From Eledone cirrhosa (lineage: Eukaryota), in contig OZ024740.1 of the NCBI GenBank assembly GCA_964016885.1, positions 285,572,001-285,636,000 on the forward strand: DNA of 64,000 nucleotides, written 5' to 3'. Under the pieces are notes generated by a model. The model was not told where the DNA came from. It worked only from the letters and a program-made list of their open reading frames with translations, and ran no database searches. Shown here in pieces: positions 24,118 to 37,259 of the stretch. The translations under genes and the position numbers were made by a program. How positions within the stretch are numbered: the stretch's first letter is position 1; each line of letters begins with the position of its first letter.

Positions 24118-25565
24118 TGACTATGCCATGTAAGACCCATACCAAATGTATATTTTTAAAGTAATTTAATTACCAAACAGGTGATTTATGAATTAGGTGT
24201 AAAGAGTGGTTTTCCAGTATTTACTTACTGTAAACTAGCTATGATTAAGAGATTAAAAATAGACACAACTTGGTTGGATGAATTATTGTGTAAAAATAGT
24301 ATTTAAGAAAATAGTAACTAAACTGAGAAAGATAATGAACAAATTCTTTCTTGTTCAAGATGAAAGTGGGATTTATCAAGCAAGTCAGTGGTTTGAGACT
24401 CGGCATAGATAAATTAAGTAAATTTCTTGTTGGTGTATAAGAAGAGCAATCTTTAGCACTAAATTACCAAAGATAACTAACTGAGAAATCTCGGAGAAAA
24501 ATATATTTGAAATATATGAGTGACTTTAAAATAAGCGTGCAAAGGTTTCAGAATACACTGGATAGTAAAAAAAAAAAAAAAGTGGGGAGCGTTCTGCACC
24601 TGGGATTGAAGAAACATTACTATTATGCAAAGACTTTATGCTCCACTGCTTTATTAAAAAATTAATAGGTGCTAACTTTAGCGTGTAGTCTACCACAGTA
24701 TCTGTCGTCTACGCTGCTGTGTAATGGCTTAACCTGTCTACCGAAACCTCAGCGGATGTTGTGATTAGGAGTGATGGTCGCTAACTGGGCTGCATCTGTC
24801 GAATGCTAGTATGAACGGTTGTGTTGTGTTGATTCTGTTGTTGTGTAGAGGGTCTCGCTCCAACTGACCTTGCTGTTCTGAGAGTCGGCTATTTTATGAA
24901 TGCCGTTTCTTTTGTCTCCGAGACCTGAGAAGAAGCAGATGGCTCTCAGACATATTGGCGTCTCGAAAAGCCATTCAGAATGTGAACTTATCTTTGAGGC
25001 CGAAGAGGTCAATTTCTTGGTGGTCGATTTGACAATGTAAAAGCAACTCCTTTGAAAAGAACATCAAATTACTGTTACACATCAAGGGGTTTGACGATAT
25101 CTAAAGGACTCTAAATTATTTTGCTACCATAAATAATGCGCAAGAGCCTCGATGAAATTATCAGCCTGGGGGCCTCTTGCAAGTCCCTAGTTAAGGTTAA
25201 TGTTCGTTGTAATAAACTTTGTTTTTATTTGAGCAGGCTGATCAACACGTGGTACTTTTAATAATTGCAAACAAACAACTATCATCGTATTAGTCTTGGT
25301 AACAAGTATTTGGCGTAACGCTTTTACATGTGGAGCTAGACCACATGCTAAAGTTTAAATGAACAGGTAGCTTGCACGTTATTAAAGCACAGGTTTGAAA
25401 CGTTCAGGTTGCTTAGATAAGAAACAATACGATACTTAATTATGGCCCTTTACGTTCTAAGTCCAACGTCGTGGAAACTGAGATAAGCACCGGCCTGATA
25501 AAAAAAAGGTTTAAATTAGAATTTAAGTGTTTTTATTTTTATTTTCTTATAGCTCTAGAGATATA

Positions 25566-26432
25566 CCGTATCTACTCGAATATAAGTCGACCCCTATTTT
25601 ATATTGAACAATAGGCAAAAATCCAAACCTCGTGTATAAGTCGAGACAGCTAATCAACACATTATGTTTAGATGGCACGGTTTTGAATTTCTCATGAGTG
25701 GTAAATATATGAAGTTTTAATATTTTGATATTTAAAAAGTGTCGTTTAAACTATAGTTTTTGTTTCACAACTTCATTATGTAATGATTTTTTAACCATAT
25801 AAGTATCAACAAGTTTATTGAATTTTTGTTTACTTCCGACCACTCACAGCAGACAACATCTCATGAATGTAACACATCAAATGAAATACGATCCTTAAAA
25901 CATTTGGAAAACATTTAACGCCGTACAAGTATTAAAGCTTTAGGTAGATTTTTACAATTACACCTATCTCAAGCCAGTATGTCTCTTTGCTCAGTTACCG
26001 TAACTAAAAAACGAACATTTTCCGATCGTTTAGAAGACCATACTCATTAAAAAACATTAAAAAAAACAAGTTTCACCTCCAAAGTCAAACCGATATAATA
26101 TTCACCTCCAAACTCAAGAATACCGTGGGTGACCCTAATCGCACAATTTCTGACGGTTTAGAAGGCCAGATTCGCTCAAAACATAAAAAAAATCACGGAA
26201 AAAACAAATTTCACCTTCAACACAAGACAGGTATACATGTAAAGAGATTATTAATCTTTATATAGTGAACTGGATACATATATATTGTACAATAGGAAAA
26301 CAATCACTCTAGATATTTTAGCCCCTTATTTACGTAGAATTTGAACTTGGTGAAAATCGGTAAAAATATTGACCTCGAATTTTATCGATTTTTTTGTCAC
26401 ATATTTCTCGCTTTATAATTGAGTATATACGG
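25566..26432. mobile_element. Tc1/mariner-superfamily (pogo/Fot1-like) non-autonomous element
   Basis: TA|CCGTAT.TACTC.AAT...ATTGAGTATATACGG|TA; related ends at ~45956-46150, ~49575-49760 and ~51175-51260. Confidence 0.75.
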
Positions 26433-26705
26433 TAAGATTCCACTGTTTTAAATAAATTACCTTTATTATGGTATTTAAAATGTAATTTTTTCTTCTATAT
26501 TGACATAAGTATATGCACTGGAATACATTTCATGCCTAATTGTAGAAAGGACATTATTTCAACCGAAATTTACACGATAAGAAAGTCTTTTAGCTAAACT
26601 TAGTGATGCAACTTGTGATTTAGCCCAAGTTTAACTGCGATTGAAGTAACCTATTCAGTATCTTACTGTGGTTACCCCCCGATTGAACCTTGGACTCACA
26701 CACAC

Positions 26706-27160
26706 ATATTGTTATACTTTGGAAGGGTCATGCTGCCAATAAAAACACACGCACCTGTTAGGTTTCACTTCAATTTATTATTATAATTTCAAATTTCCCA
26801 GTTAGTTAGTTTAATAACCGGGTGGTTGTTTAGTTGTTAATTGTCAAAGTTCTTTAATTACACATTCTGTGACCCTGTCACCTCTTCAGTGACAAGTTTT
26901 GTTGTTACTTTGTGTGTCTCCTTACAAGATGGTTTAAAACAGAACAACGTAACAGCAAAGTAGTCACTGAGGAGGCTAAAGAATGTGTGACGAAAGAGTT
27001 TTGACAATTAACAACTAAACAACTATCCGGTTATTAAACTGACTGGTAAATTATAATGATCAATGGAAGTGAAAATCAACAGGTGCGTGTGTATTTTTAT
27101 TGGCAGCATGACTCTCCAAAAACACGTTTTCAGATCAAAATTCTTGCAAAACAAATACAA
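26706..27160. mobile_element. Old, diverged copy of the 449-1020 palindromic HHR element
   Basis: Starts ATATTGTTATACTTTGGAAGGGTCATG; diverged inverted arms; GTCA-CTGAGGA...GTGAC-GAAA...TGAC at 26963-27005; same right-arm extension. Confidence 0.8.
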
Positions 27161-27164
27161 TATA

Positions 27165-27340
27165 TTTGCAGCGGCTGTCGCTGGCCATTGTCTGAAGGAA
27201 TGCTTTTGCCGCCTTGTCCGCGGGGCGTAGCCCCAATATCGTCGCAATCTAAGCCTAGAGCCTATCACCCCTCCCCCCTCCCATTGTTCTGTGACCCTAA
27301 AACCCTTTCCTTTCTCTTCCTTTTTCGTTTTCATTACCAC
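27165..27340 (+). mobile_element. 3' end fragment of a CRE-like non-LTR retrotransposon
   Basis: Encodes LQRLSLAIV*RNAFAAL, the C-terminus of the restriction-like endonuclease region. Confidence 0.7.
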
Positions 27341-28179
27341 AAAAGACACTTATATATATTGTGAATCAGAGAAACCTTTTTGTTTTTTTTTCACTTTAAA
27401 AATACTTTATGTGATTTGTTAACGTGATGAGTTAATACTTTTTAGACACTTTTATGTTTCCGTTCTGTACGTGGTTTAACTTTGTGTCAAATTTGCGGTG
27501 TTGGATCTATTTACTTTTGTATATTTCTTGACAAAATAAGTAGAAGGCCCATGAAGCATCTGGTGAAATGAATTTCATTGCTTCTGCTATGTTTGAAGAG
27601 AAATCAATATGTTGATGATTTAACACGTCATGAGAATATTGGAAAGACAGAGAGCGAGATAGTGTGTGTGTGTGGGGGGGGGGGGTTAAGAAAAAGGAAG
27701 AGGGATAGGGAGAAGAGAGCAAGGAGGGGGTGAAACGAAAGAAAGAGATAGAGGAGGAAAGAGAGGGAGGGAGAAGAAAAGAAAGCGAGAGAACATAAGG
27801 AAAATGAAGAGAGTAAAAGAAAACTAGACAGATGAATGAGGTGATGTTACTAAAAGCTTATCTGTCTTATGAATTCACGAGAGAAAGCGAAAACAAGAAT
27901 CGTATTTGTAAGCTTAAGCTATCCAAAATTTTCTTTGGATAATCTTCAAGCTTTGAAATAACATAGAGTAAACCCTTTGACCCTTTGAAAAGGTTTCAGA
28001 GAATTCTTTAGGGAGTATCGCCGAGAAAATACACTCAGTATAATATTACAATTGGGATCCAGCCGGATCAATTGGAGACTGTTGCTTCTGACAGGACCTG
28101 TTGAAAGGAATGTTTGAGGACTCTGCCTGCATGACCCCCGATGAATAAGTGGGCGAAGAAGAAGATAATATTACAATTG

Positions 28180-28830
28180 ATTTTTATTTATTTATTAGAG
28201 AGAAAGTTTTATTTACATCTTAGTAAAAAAAAAATTAATAGAAAAAGAAAGAAATCATTTTTAGATTGGAAAGAAAGAATGGAATGTAAAATAAGAAAAA
28301 AACAACGGAAAAAGAAGGGAAAGGCAAGGGCTCTAGTGTATCGGAAGAATGAGGAAGGAGGGGGAGGGGGTTCTGAGCTTAGGCCGCAGCGGTAATGGGG
28401 CTGCGCCCCGCGGACAAGACCGCAAAAGCATTCCCACGGACTATAGCCAGCAACACCCACTGCAACAGCCATCCCACCTCGCGGGGCCCTTTTCTCAGAC
28501 GAGTCACCAACGTTCCAATCTTGCCGAGGAGCTCGGCAGTATTGGGTCCAAGTACGCCTGAGGTCTCGATGGTGACCGGTGCGAAGAGGAGCAGCCGGAC
28601 AAGCCCCGGTATTTGTTTATCTTCCTTTTCTCTGCAGAGCGGGCCGCAGTACCGGGGTTTGTGGATGAAGCGACTAAGTTAGAGGCGGGGAACATGTCAT
28701 AACATGTAGCGTCCTAGATGAGGGATCTACCTCCTTCGAATGGAAAGAGGGTGATTCCATCGGGGCGCTTGCCGTTTCCGCAGTCAAGGCTTGTTGACTT
28801 CAGTTGTGATTGGAAGCCATTGCAATCATC
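28180..28830 (-). mobile_element. CRE-clade non-LTR retrotransposon 3' portion (restriction-like endonuclease + 3' UTR)
   Basis: Minus strand encodes GNGKRPDGITLFPFEGGRSLI*DATC...AARSAEKRKINKYRGL...FAPVTIETSGVLG...LAIVRGNAFAVL, with a stop and a frameshift. Confidence 0.85.
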
Positions 28831-28863
28831 GGATTTTCGAAAACTCGGAGTTTTCTTCGGTGG

Positions 28864-29005
28864 GAATTTTTTTTCTTTTCTAGGTATTTTTCGTTTGTTT
28901 TCGTTTGTTTGAATTTTTTTTCTTTTCTAGGTATTTTTCGTTTGTTTTCGTTTGTTTGAATTTTTTTTCTTTTCTAGGTTTTTTTCGTTTGTTTTCGTTT
29001 GTTTT
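28864..29005. repeat. Tandem repeat, ~47-bp unit x3
   Basis: GAATTTTTTTTCTTTTCTAGGTATTTTTCGTTTGTTTTCGTTTGTTT is repeated. Confidence 0.9.
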
Positions 29006-29816
29006 CCGACTCATTCGCAAACTACTCTTTTTTCCGAAAACGGAAGGGGCAAGGGGGTCTCGGAGTTAGAGACAAGCACCTCTCAGCCATTTATATATAT
29101 ATAGAAGGGTTAGAGTTAATTTATAGAAAAGCACCCGCTTTTCGGAAGAAGGAGTCGTTTGCGAGTGAATCGGGTGTCAGATCCGTTGAAAATAAACGGT
29201 CGAAAGCTAGAAAAGTCAAATTCCCATGGAAGAAAATTTCGAGGCTGGGAAAATCTGAGGACCCTATCACCACCACCACCACCACCATTCCATTTCCAGG
29301 CGAAAAAAGTCGATTGTAGCACGTCGGAGGTCAGATTAGTTTAAAAAAAAACACGAAAATAAAAGACAAAACAAGGAAAAAATTCTGAGCGAACCCCAGT
29401 GAGTGCTTTACTATAAATTTACTAAAATGTATGAAAATATATCATACAGTTTGCGGAGCAGGTTTAAGTTTAAACAAAATACTTTAAAACGGACTGTTTT
29501 GTATCACAAAACGTAGGGTGATATCAAAGGGTTAAAGTATTTTAGAAGTCCCAAAGTTGTATCTGTGCTGAAAATTCTTGAAAAGAATCCATGTCCACAG
29601 GCTGTAACTCTCTCACATATTGTCAATAGTTTGTTTTAATAGCAGGTTATAAGGCAAAGTCGTTAAAGAGTCGGATTAAATCTATTTGTTTCAATCATTA
29701 GACTGCTGCCATGCTGGGGCATCGCTAGTACGTATTTTCCAAAGTTGGTACTTATTCCACCGATCTCTTTTTGCCGAACCACTTCGTTACGAAACATACA
29801 CACGGATACAAATACT

Positions 29817-29984
29817 CAGACCTGCCAACCTCTAAAACCCCAAACCATGAAAAAAAAAATACCCCAAAACGGGGAGATTTTACATAATGAAAGCTATACC
29901 CATTTTCACAAGAGAAGACATCTCTCACCCACCCCAAAGTGGATGGGAGATATCCCTGTTCGACGGGAAGAGTTAACAGGTCTG
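29817..29984. mobile_element. MITE (21180 family) nested in a SINE-like repeat
   Basis: CAGACCTGCCAAC...GTTAACAGGTCTG; TSD is degenerate. Confidence 0.8.
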
Positions 29985-30336
29985 CATACATAGACTCATG
30001 ACGGACTTCTGCAGTTCTCGTCTGCTAAATTTCATACACGGCATTAGTCAGCCCGAGGCTATTACAGAATACACTTGGGTGAGGCGCTACACAATGGGAA
30101 TGAACATGAAACAACGTGGTTACGTGGCGAGCTCTTTCACCATACTGACATCCCTGCAGCATTTGTTCTGGATCTTTGCACCCGAGTTTAAAGTCAACTT
30201 TGTCTTTTAAATCCTTTCAGGGTTGATAAAGTGCCAGGCAGAAGGCAGTGGGTTGATGGTAGTTGTTAAAACATCGGACAGAATGTCTTACGATATCTCT
30301 TCCAGCTCTGATATGTCCTGAGTTTAAATCCTATCT

Positions 30337-30524
30337 CAGACCTGTCAACTCCTCCCGTCCAACGCGGAGATATCCCACCCACTTTGGATGAGATGTCTTC
30401 TCTTGTGAAAATGGGTATAGCTTTCATTATGTAAAATCTCCCCATTTTGCCTCATTTCTCCCCGTCTTGGAGCACCTTTTTTCATGGTACTCCCCGTTTG
30501 GGGTTTTAGATGTTGGCAAGTCCG
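30337..30524. mobile_element. MITE (21180 family)
   Basis: TSD CTATCT on both sides. Confidence 0.85.
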
Positions 30525-30806
30525 CTATCTCCTGTCATCAGGTGATGCTTCTGTCAGGAGTTGCGCCCGGCAGATACTGTCAACAAAGGAAAGACTAATG
30601 GAAACAGTTTCCGTGGTCTGATCTATGGATCAGTCATTTTCGTGTTTATTTATTTATTTTTCGTGTTTAATTTTTAATTTTTATTTTTTTACAGAAACTA
30701 TTTACTAATATATTAGTTTGATCTACCAAAATGGAAATAAATACCGTACCACTTGCGGTGAGACGTAAGTGGGCGAAGAAGACTTTTTCACAATATTGAA
30801 ATAATT

Positions 30807-31003
30807 GTTTCTACTTTAAGCACAAGGCCAGCAATTTGAAGGGGACGGGAAAGTCGATTAATTCGATCCCAATGCATTTTATCGACCCCGTAAGGATGAA
30901 AGGCAAAGCTAACCTTAGCGGGGTTTGAACCCAAAACGTAAAGGGCCGTAACGCTATGCCGCTAAGCATGTTGTCCGACGCTCTACCGATTCTGCCAATC
31001 CAC
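30807..31003 (-). mobile_element. tRNA-derived SINE with Nin-like domain (family B)
   Basis: Minus strand carries GGGTTCAAACCC and GCCTTTCATCCTTACGGGGTCGATAAAA. Confidence 0.8.
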
Positions 31004-31386
31004 CAAATAATGATCAGGGGAAAAGTTTGAACTTGTAGTTTTTTTTTCTTTTTCTAAAACATAGAAGCAGTTGTAGCTACTATAATTTTATCTGTATTCA
31101 TCATTTGTGGTAAAACAGAGCTTCTCGCACTTCTTACTTGATAAACCCATTGTAACAAACAATATTAATCCCTCCACCGCAAAAAAACAAAAAAAAACAA
31201 AAATTAATCGAATATAAAATTACAAAAACATAGCTAATTTACCAGTGTTTATACAACTTACCCGAGAAAATAATCAGTAAACTATAAACGCAAACACCTT
31301 AAATACTCGAGTTATCTTTTAATGGAAAGGATCGATTTGATTGACACGAAGATCATGAACCATAGGTTTATGATTTTGAGTTGAAA

Positions 31387-31908
31387 TAAAGCTCTGGCAT
31401 GGGATGCGTGCAACAGGCTTGACAAGACATGGCGCTCAAATTTATCATTCTACTTAAAAGTCCAAATCTTTCGAACATTGATTGAACCAGTACTACTATA
31501 TGGATCAGAAACATGGACCTTATCTGTTCTGTCTTGAAAGATGGCTGGATGGAGCATATACAAGTCTGCTCAGAAGAATAAAAAACATAAGCTGGAGATC
31601 ACACGCAACACTTGAAACCATCTACGGAGATTTGATTCCAATATCCCTCAGACTCAAGCAAAAAGACTACAGTTTGCTGGTCACTGTCATCAGGCTGACA
31701 AAGAAATCATTTCATTTCTCCTTCTGTGGCATCCCTCTGGATGTGTCTATTCACGAAAACTGACTTTCCCAGACACCATAGCTCTGGACTCAGGGTTGGA
31801 CATAAGGGATCTGGGGACAGCAATGCAGGACCGAACAATGTGGAAAGGGATTATCAAGAGAGTTCCAACTGCCCACTGAGGAGTCGAAGGAGGATGATGA
31901 TAATGATG
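31387..31908 (+). mobile_element. RTE/RTE-X LINE 3' fragment
   Basis: KALAWDACNRLDKTWRSNL...IFRTLIEPVLLYGSETWTL...LDGAYTSLLRR...LQFAGHC...MQDRTMW; (GAT)n tail. Confidence 0.8.
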
Positions 31909-33039
31909 AGTTTTAGCCGCAAATCACATCCTATGTTCAAAGTATTTCTATGTTTACTTAGTAAATAATGAATATGGCTAAATGGTTAGAATGTTGGACT
32001 TACAGTCATAATGTCGATTTCTGGACAGGGTGCTGCGTTGTGTTCTTGAGCAGAACACTTGCTCCAGTACATTCAGCTGAGAGTTGAGAACCAGCAGTAG
32101 CTGGGGAGTTAATCCTGCGATAGACCGGCGTCCTGTCCAGGGAGTCGCTTAGCATAAAGGAACTAACTAAACCCAGATTCCACCATATACTAATTTGGAA
32201 AAGGAGGTAAAACGCAAAGTAGTAAATTTACTCCTTGTGGTCTCTAAGCTTTATTCACCCCTGCCAAAATTCTAATTCTTTTCTAGGATTCTATATGGAC
32301 CGTGTTGAGAAGCTTTAAAAAGAAAGAAAATAGAATAAAACCAACTAGTTTTGTTGTACAGTTTACAAACTTCCCGATGAATGTGTATACAAACAAGATA
32401 CATATTCGATTGTCACGAGAAAAGCCAGTTAATCAACAACGATTACGAGAGAAGGTTCGATTGCCACTAACGTGTGTCGATCGTCCAGCTCAGATGCATA
32501 AGAGAATAAGTAGCTTTTATAAATTGATGTCCACAATATCTTATAGACAGACAACGAAGATTAAAACCTCATTCCATATAAATGATAGTAATATATATGA
32601 CTGGTGATAGATTGATCGAGATGATAGGGTTAATACGTCTAGTTCTTAATGATACTTAGAATATATCAAATACATTAACACATACGTACACGTATCTGAG
32701 TATCTGTACTCCTTCGTATTAAAGAGAAAAATACTACAGCCTCGCTCTCACATTAAGCCTAATACTCTTTCATCCCCCCTCCTCCGTTTGTCTAATATAA
32801 CCTTTTCTTTTCTTCCTCCACTCCTATTCTTTCATACTTTTACTTTGCTTGTTTGTTAACATCACCGCCACCCATATTAATTTAACGCCTTCTTTATTTC
32901 ATTGCTTTCTTCCCCCATTTCCTTTTCTTCCTCTTCCTCCTACGTTTTATTTATTTATTTTACCACTCCTCCTATCAATTAACCTCTTACTTCACTGTCC
33001 TGTTGTCCCCGAGCTCTGCAATCTTGTTACCCTCCCATG

Positions 33040-33183
33040 CTTCTCTTTGTATATCGACGCCTGCCGTCGTCGTTGCTACTGCTGACAAGCCTCCTCCTCC
33101 CCTTCCTCCTTCCTCACAGTATTGTTGATAGCAATTACAGCTCGCACTTTTCTTCTATACACCAACCGACCGACCACAGCTAG
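33040..33183 (+). other. Candidate non-coding first exon of a host gene
   Basis: Non-repetitive, CpG-containing, pyrimidine-rich stretch ending in a donor-like CTAG|GTAGGC; downstream DNA becomes CpG-poor. Inference only. Confidence 0.25.
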
Positions 33184-35630
33184 GTAGGCAAACTTACCAT
33201 ATAAATATATACACTCACTATATACATACACTTTCAGTTCATATTTCTGTCATACATACATGTATTTATTTAATGAAATTATTATTTGTTTCTCTTTTAA
33301 ATATTGTTTTTACACAGTTCAACTACATTCGACACTTGCTATTTTTTTTGTTTTTTCCTCCCACCCTTTCACATCCTTCCTGTCCTGTCCGGTCTGTCGC
33401 ATACCGTCCTCGTTGTACACACCCCCACGAAACGATATGCACAGTTTATATAGATTTTTGTTTGTTTATTAAACTAATGATTACACTTAATGTTACACAC
33501 ACTGATAATGACACCCAAAACACTCATTCATAAAGCTAGTAGACGTATCAGTTATATAAAAAAAACTGCTCCTCTTATGCCCAAGAAACTGTTCTTTACT
33601 ATAAAGTTGATCTCGTATCACTATGTTTCTGACTCATCTATATATTAACAGCAGAATAACTTAGCAGTTGTCTATTATTGTTGTTAAATTGATTAGTTTC
33701 ATATATTTACTTTTTAAATTTATCTTACTATCTTCTGTGTTGCTGTGTCGTGTACACGAAACATTGTTTGTCTATCTATGTATGTATGAGGATAATCGAT
33801 ATGTACAAGTATGTACTATCCGAAGCCTGCTTGATAAGAAATATATTTTTAAAAAGGCTATGGGACGAAATGATTAAATACTGAAACACAACATTCCCTT
33901 AATATCTAAACCCACCCCAAATCCCCTTTGAATAAGTGGTTGGTGATTTCTTGTTTGTAATATTTGAAAGTACATTCAGTTTCACTCACTAAGACTCAAT
34001 TGTTTCGGGTGTTTGTTTATGCGAAAATGGCCATATCTTGAGATAGTTGGGTTGTGTATAGATATCGCGCGCCTGCGCGTACACATACATAATCTATTTG
34101 TGTGTGTATATGCGTTAATGAAATTGATGTAATATCCAATTCAACGAATGACCAAGGACTAAAACAATTATATATTTTTAGTTTTAATGTTTAGAAATCG
34201 GCCAATAAGTATCGGACAATAAATATGTGTAATTGGTGACGTACATACACACACACATATGAATACACACACACACACGTGTAATTGCTCATACATAAAT
34301 GTTTGCTCGCATATATATATATATACACACACACATTGTGTAATTGCTCATACATTGATATGTATGTTTGCATGTACATGTGTGTGTGTGTATATATATA
34401 TATATGTGTGTGTGTGTGGACTTTTATAATGAACAGAGATAAACTTTCAACTTGACATGTGAAATTTATTTATTTAGCATCATTTTCTCATAATTCTGGT
34501 TGTTGTGTAGCGTTCCTCTAGCAGACCTATTATCTGCTGGTGTTCTCAGGTGGTTGCCTGACACCAGTATCTAAGGAATCGTTTTGACAGAAATATTCTT
34601 TTCACACAGGAGAGTGCCAATTCTTTCTGTCCTTTTTCTTCTTCTCTTTCAGAGAATAATCTGTCCCATTCCTAATCTTGCTTTTATTTGTCTTTATTTT
34701 AATTTCTCAAATCTATTTTCTCTTTTTACTGAAACATTCCATACCCGTCCATTCATATACATCTTTATCTTAATTCACAATTGTTCTTTTCTGGGGAAAA
34801 AAAGTTAGGGTTCTTAATGCTTAGGATCACTTATCGTTTCTTATTAACATCTGAATGAACAGTTAATATTAGGGTTATTCTTACCAGAATAATACTTAAA
34901 ATTAAAATCGGTTGGAGATAAAATTCTTGGAAATGAAAGAAAACTTGAATTTATAATTGCTTATCGCATCCAGTTTAATAAATTCCCACATAATCAAACT
35001 TTGTTTAGTGAACCAGTACGTCTATTGAATATTTATTCATAATTTCATAGAAAATATTCTTTATTAACGAATAAATTGGTTTTCCTTTCGAAGACAAGTA
35101 ACATTTACCAATAAATTTTAAAGTTATTGAAGATGTATATATATATTAAATGTATAAGATATTTACTGAACATAAACCTTAGATATATTTTAGCAATTAG
35201 GAACGTGTGTATGTGTGGATGAATAATGTAAGTAAAACTGCTAAAACCGACCCAAAGCAGTAATGCTGATTTGTCAGTTTAGCTTCCAAAAGACACAGGA
35301 ATAAGATTTTCCATTTAGAATCAGAATTTATTAGAATTTTTGTATGAAAATCGCCTGTTTAACTTCCCAGGTTAACCACTTTGTAAATAAAGTGACAGTT
35401 GTATGTATATTCAGACTTGATTAAAGTGGTGAAGGTAGGCCAGTTAGCATGGGCCTACGATTTTGAGGGAGTCGGTGGGTGGGGACTACTCATTTGAAAT
35501 AGGACACTCATTCCACATCTGGCCTGGGCATATTACCAACTATGCATTGGTCAGTGAATATTAGGTAATAATTTCTCAATAAAGATATTCAAATGTAATA
35601 ATTTAACTGGAAATACATTGATACCTTTTG

Positions 35631-35662
<32 letters not shown>

Positions 35663-35667
<5 letters not shown>

Positions 35668-35856
35668 AACAAGTATGACCTCGACGGCAGAGCTCAAGCC
35701 GCTTCGACGGCTATTTCTGAGTCCAGAAATAGCCGTCGAAACGGCTTGAGCTCTGCCGTCGGGGTCATACTTGTTCCTATTACCCACTCTACTACCCTAA
35801 TTATTGAGTACTTTGATGCGTTATGGTCCATCAGGTTCCTTACCACTATTCCTTCG

Positions 35857-35860
<4 letters not shown>
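35663..35860 (+). mobile_element. Fold-back hairpin element with a duplicated HHR 3' half (family of 9599-9800)
   Basis: Arms span 35663-35780; GAAA 35738-35741; GTC 35758-35760; 80-nt extension; (TA)n on both sides. Confidence 0.8.
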
Positions 35861-35896
<36 letters not shown>

Positions 35897-35972
35897 GGTA
35901 GTACGGTGAAATACCGTAGTACGCAATAAATATTTTTCATATGTAAACGAAAGTTCCTCGTTTTTTTTTTAT

Positions 35973-36006
<34 letters not shown>

Positions 36007-36474
36007 GAGAGAGAGAGACAGAACTTTTCTTTTACCTTGGTTTAGTGTTAGATGTAGATTTCAATTCGGGTTTTCATCTACAATCCTGGCCCTTTTAATC
36101 TACTTATTGAGAAAACAATGCCTTGCGGATTAATGACTATTTAAATGCGTCCCATTGTTACAAAACATTTTCAATAGATTGGTATGTGTATATGTATGGA
36201 CACAGGACACATAAATAAGTTTGTACCTTTTTTACTTATATTTTGTTGTTGCTTTGTTAACTTTTTCGAGCAATATATGTATTTTAACGATTAATTTTGT
36301 GGAGGGAGATTTCCCTTTTAAACATTTATCAAATTTATGTGCTATAAGCACGAACGCGCGCGTTTGTGTGTGTGTGTGTGTGTGTGTGTATATAAATATA
36401 AAAATTGGGAAGATATATATATATATATATATATAAGAATGAATAAAATAACTAGGTTTTAATAGATTCTAGTA

Positions 36475-36658
36475 GGGCAGTGGTTTGGCAGTATCGGTAG
36501 AGCGTCAGACACGATGTTTTGCAGCATAGTTATGGCCCTTTGCGTTCTGAGTTCAAATCCGCCGAGGTTAACTTTGCCTTTCATCCTTACGAGGTCGATA
36601 AAATAAAGTACCAGTGGTGCACTGGGGTAATCGCTGGCCTTGTGCCAAAAGTAGAAAC
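36475..36658 (+). mobile_element. tRNA-derived SINE with Nin-like domain (family B)
   Basis: TGGCAGTATCGGTAGAGCG, GAGTTCAAATCC, GCCTTTCATCCTTACGAGGTCGATAAAATAAAGTACCAG. Further copies at ~42103, 42598, 47436, 50276, 52920, 60539, 61168, 62273 and 62796. Confidence 0.85.
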
Positions 36659-37220
36659 TCTATTTTAATAAATTTACGAACGTTTTTTCATATATAGTCC
36701 GAAGTACCATTTTATTCCTCTGTACTGTATTCCTTAGTCATTAAACAATACAAAAAACATAATTATTTACCAACCACTTATCCGAACACCTCCATTTTAA
36801 AACTACCTTATATATATGTGTGCGTGTGTCAAAGCGCCCAGTTCTCAGTAAGGTGGTGGTGATGGTGACGCGACAAAAAACCCCACCCAATTCACCCTGT
36901 TAGATGACCGTATTGATGCCACGATAAAAAAAACAACACACCAAGCCACTCTGTAACATGGTTGGTGCTAAGAAGGGTATCCAGCTGTAAAAACCAAACC
37001 AAAATGCAGATCCGTATGAGCATGACTTGGTCACTTGACCTGACTTGCCCCATAACGTGACAACTTGTGTAACCCATGCAAGCGTGGAAAATGGCTGTTA
37101 AACGCTGATAATGATATATGTTTGTACGTATATAGGTGTGTGAAAAGTATATGGAAAAAACAAGAGACAATGAGGTTCAATGAAGATATGTATTAGTTTC
37201 ATGCTTAATATATTAGGTAT

Positions 37221-37259
37221 AATCTTAACGTTTTAGACGCTAGTCCTTCATCAGAATAT
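37221..37259 (-). ncRNA. Degenerate minimal hammerhead
   Basis: Minus strand reads CTGATGA-AGG-actagcg-TCT-AAAA(for GAAA)-CGT-TA; stem I is poor. Confidence 0.35.

Noticed and set aside
28690-28710. p53-like site GAACATGTCATAACATGTAG
   Set aside because: It lies in the CRE endonuclease coding remnant (ATCYDMF) and the second half-site is poor.
27972-29535. Possible 1.5-kb piggyBac-like element
   Set aside because: Only ~8 bp of terminal inverted match, and the interior is explained by LINE fragments.
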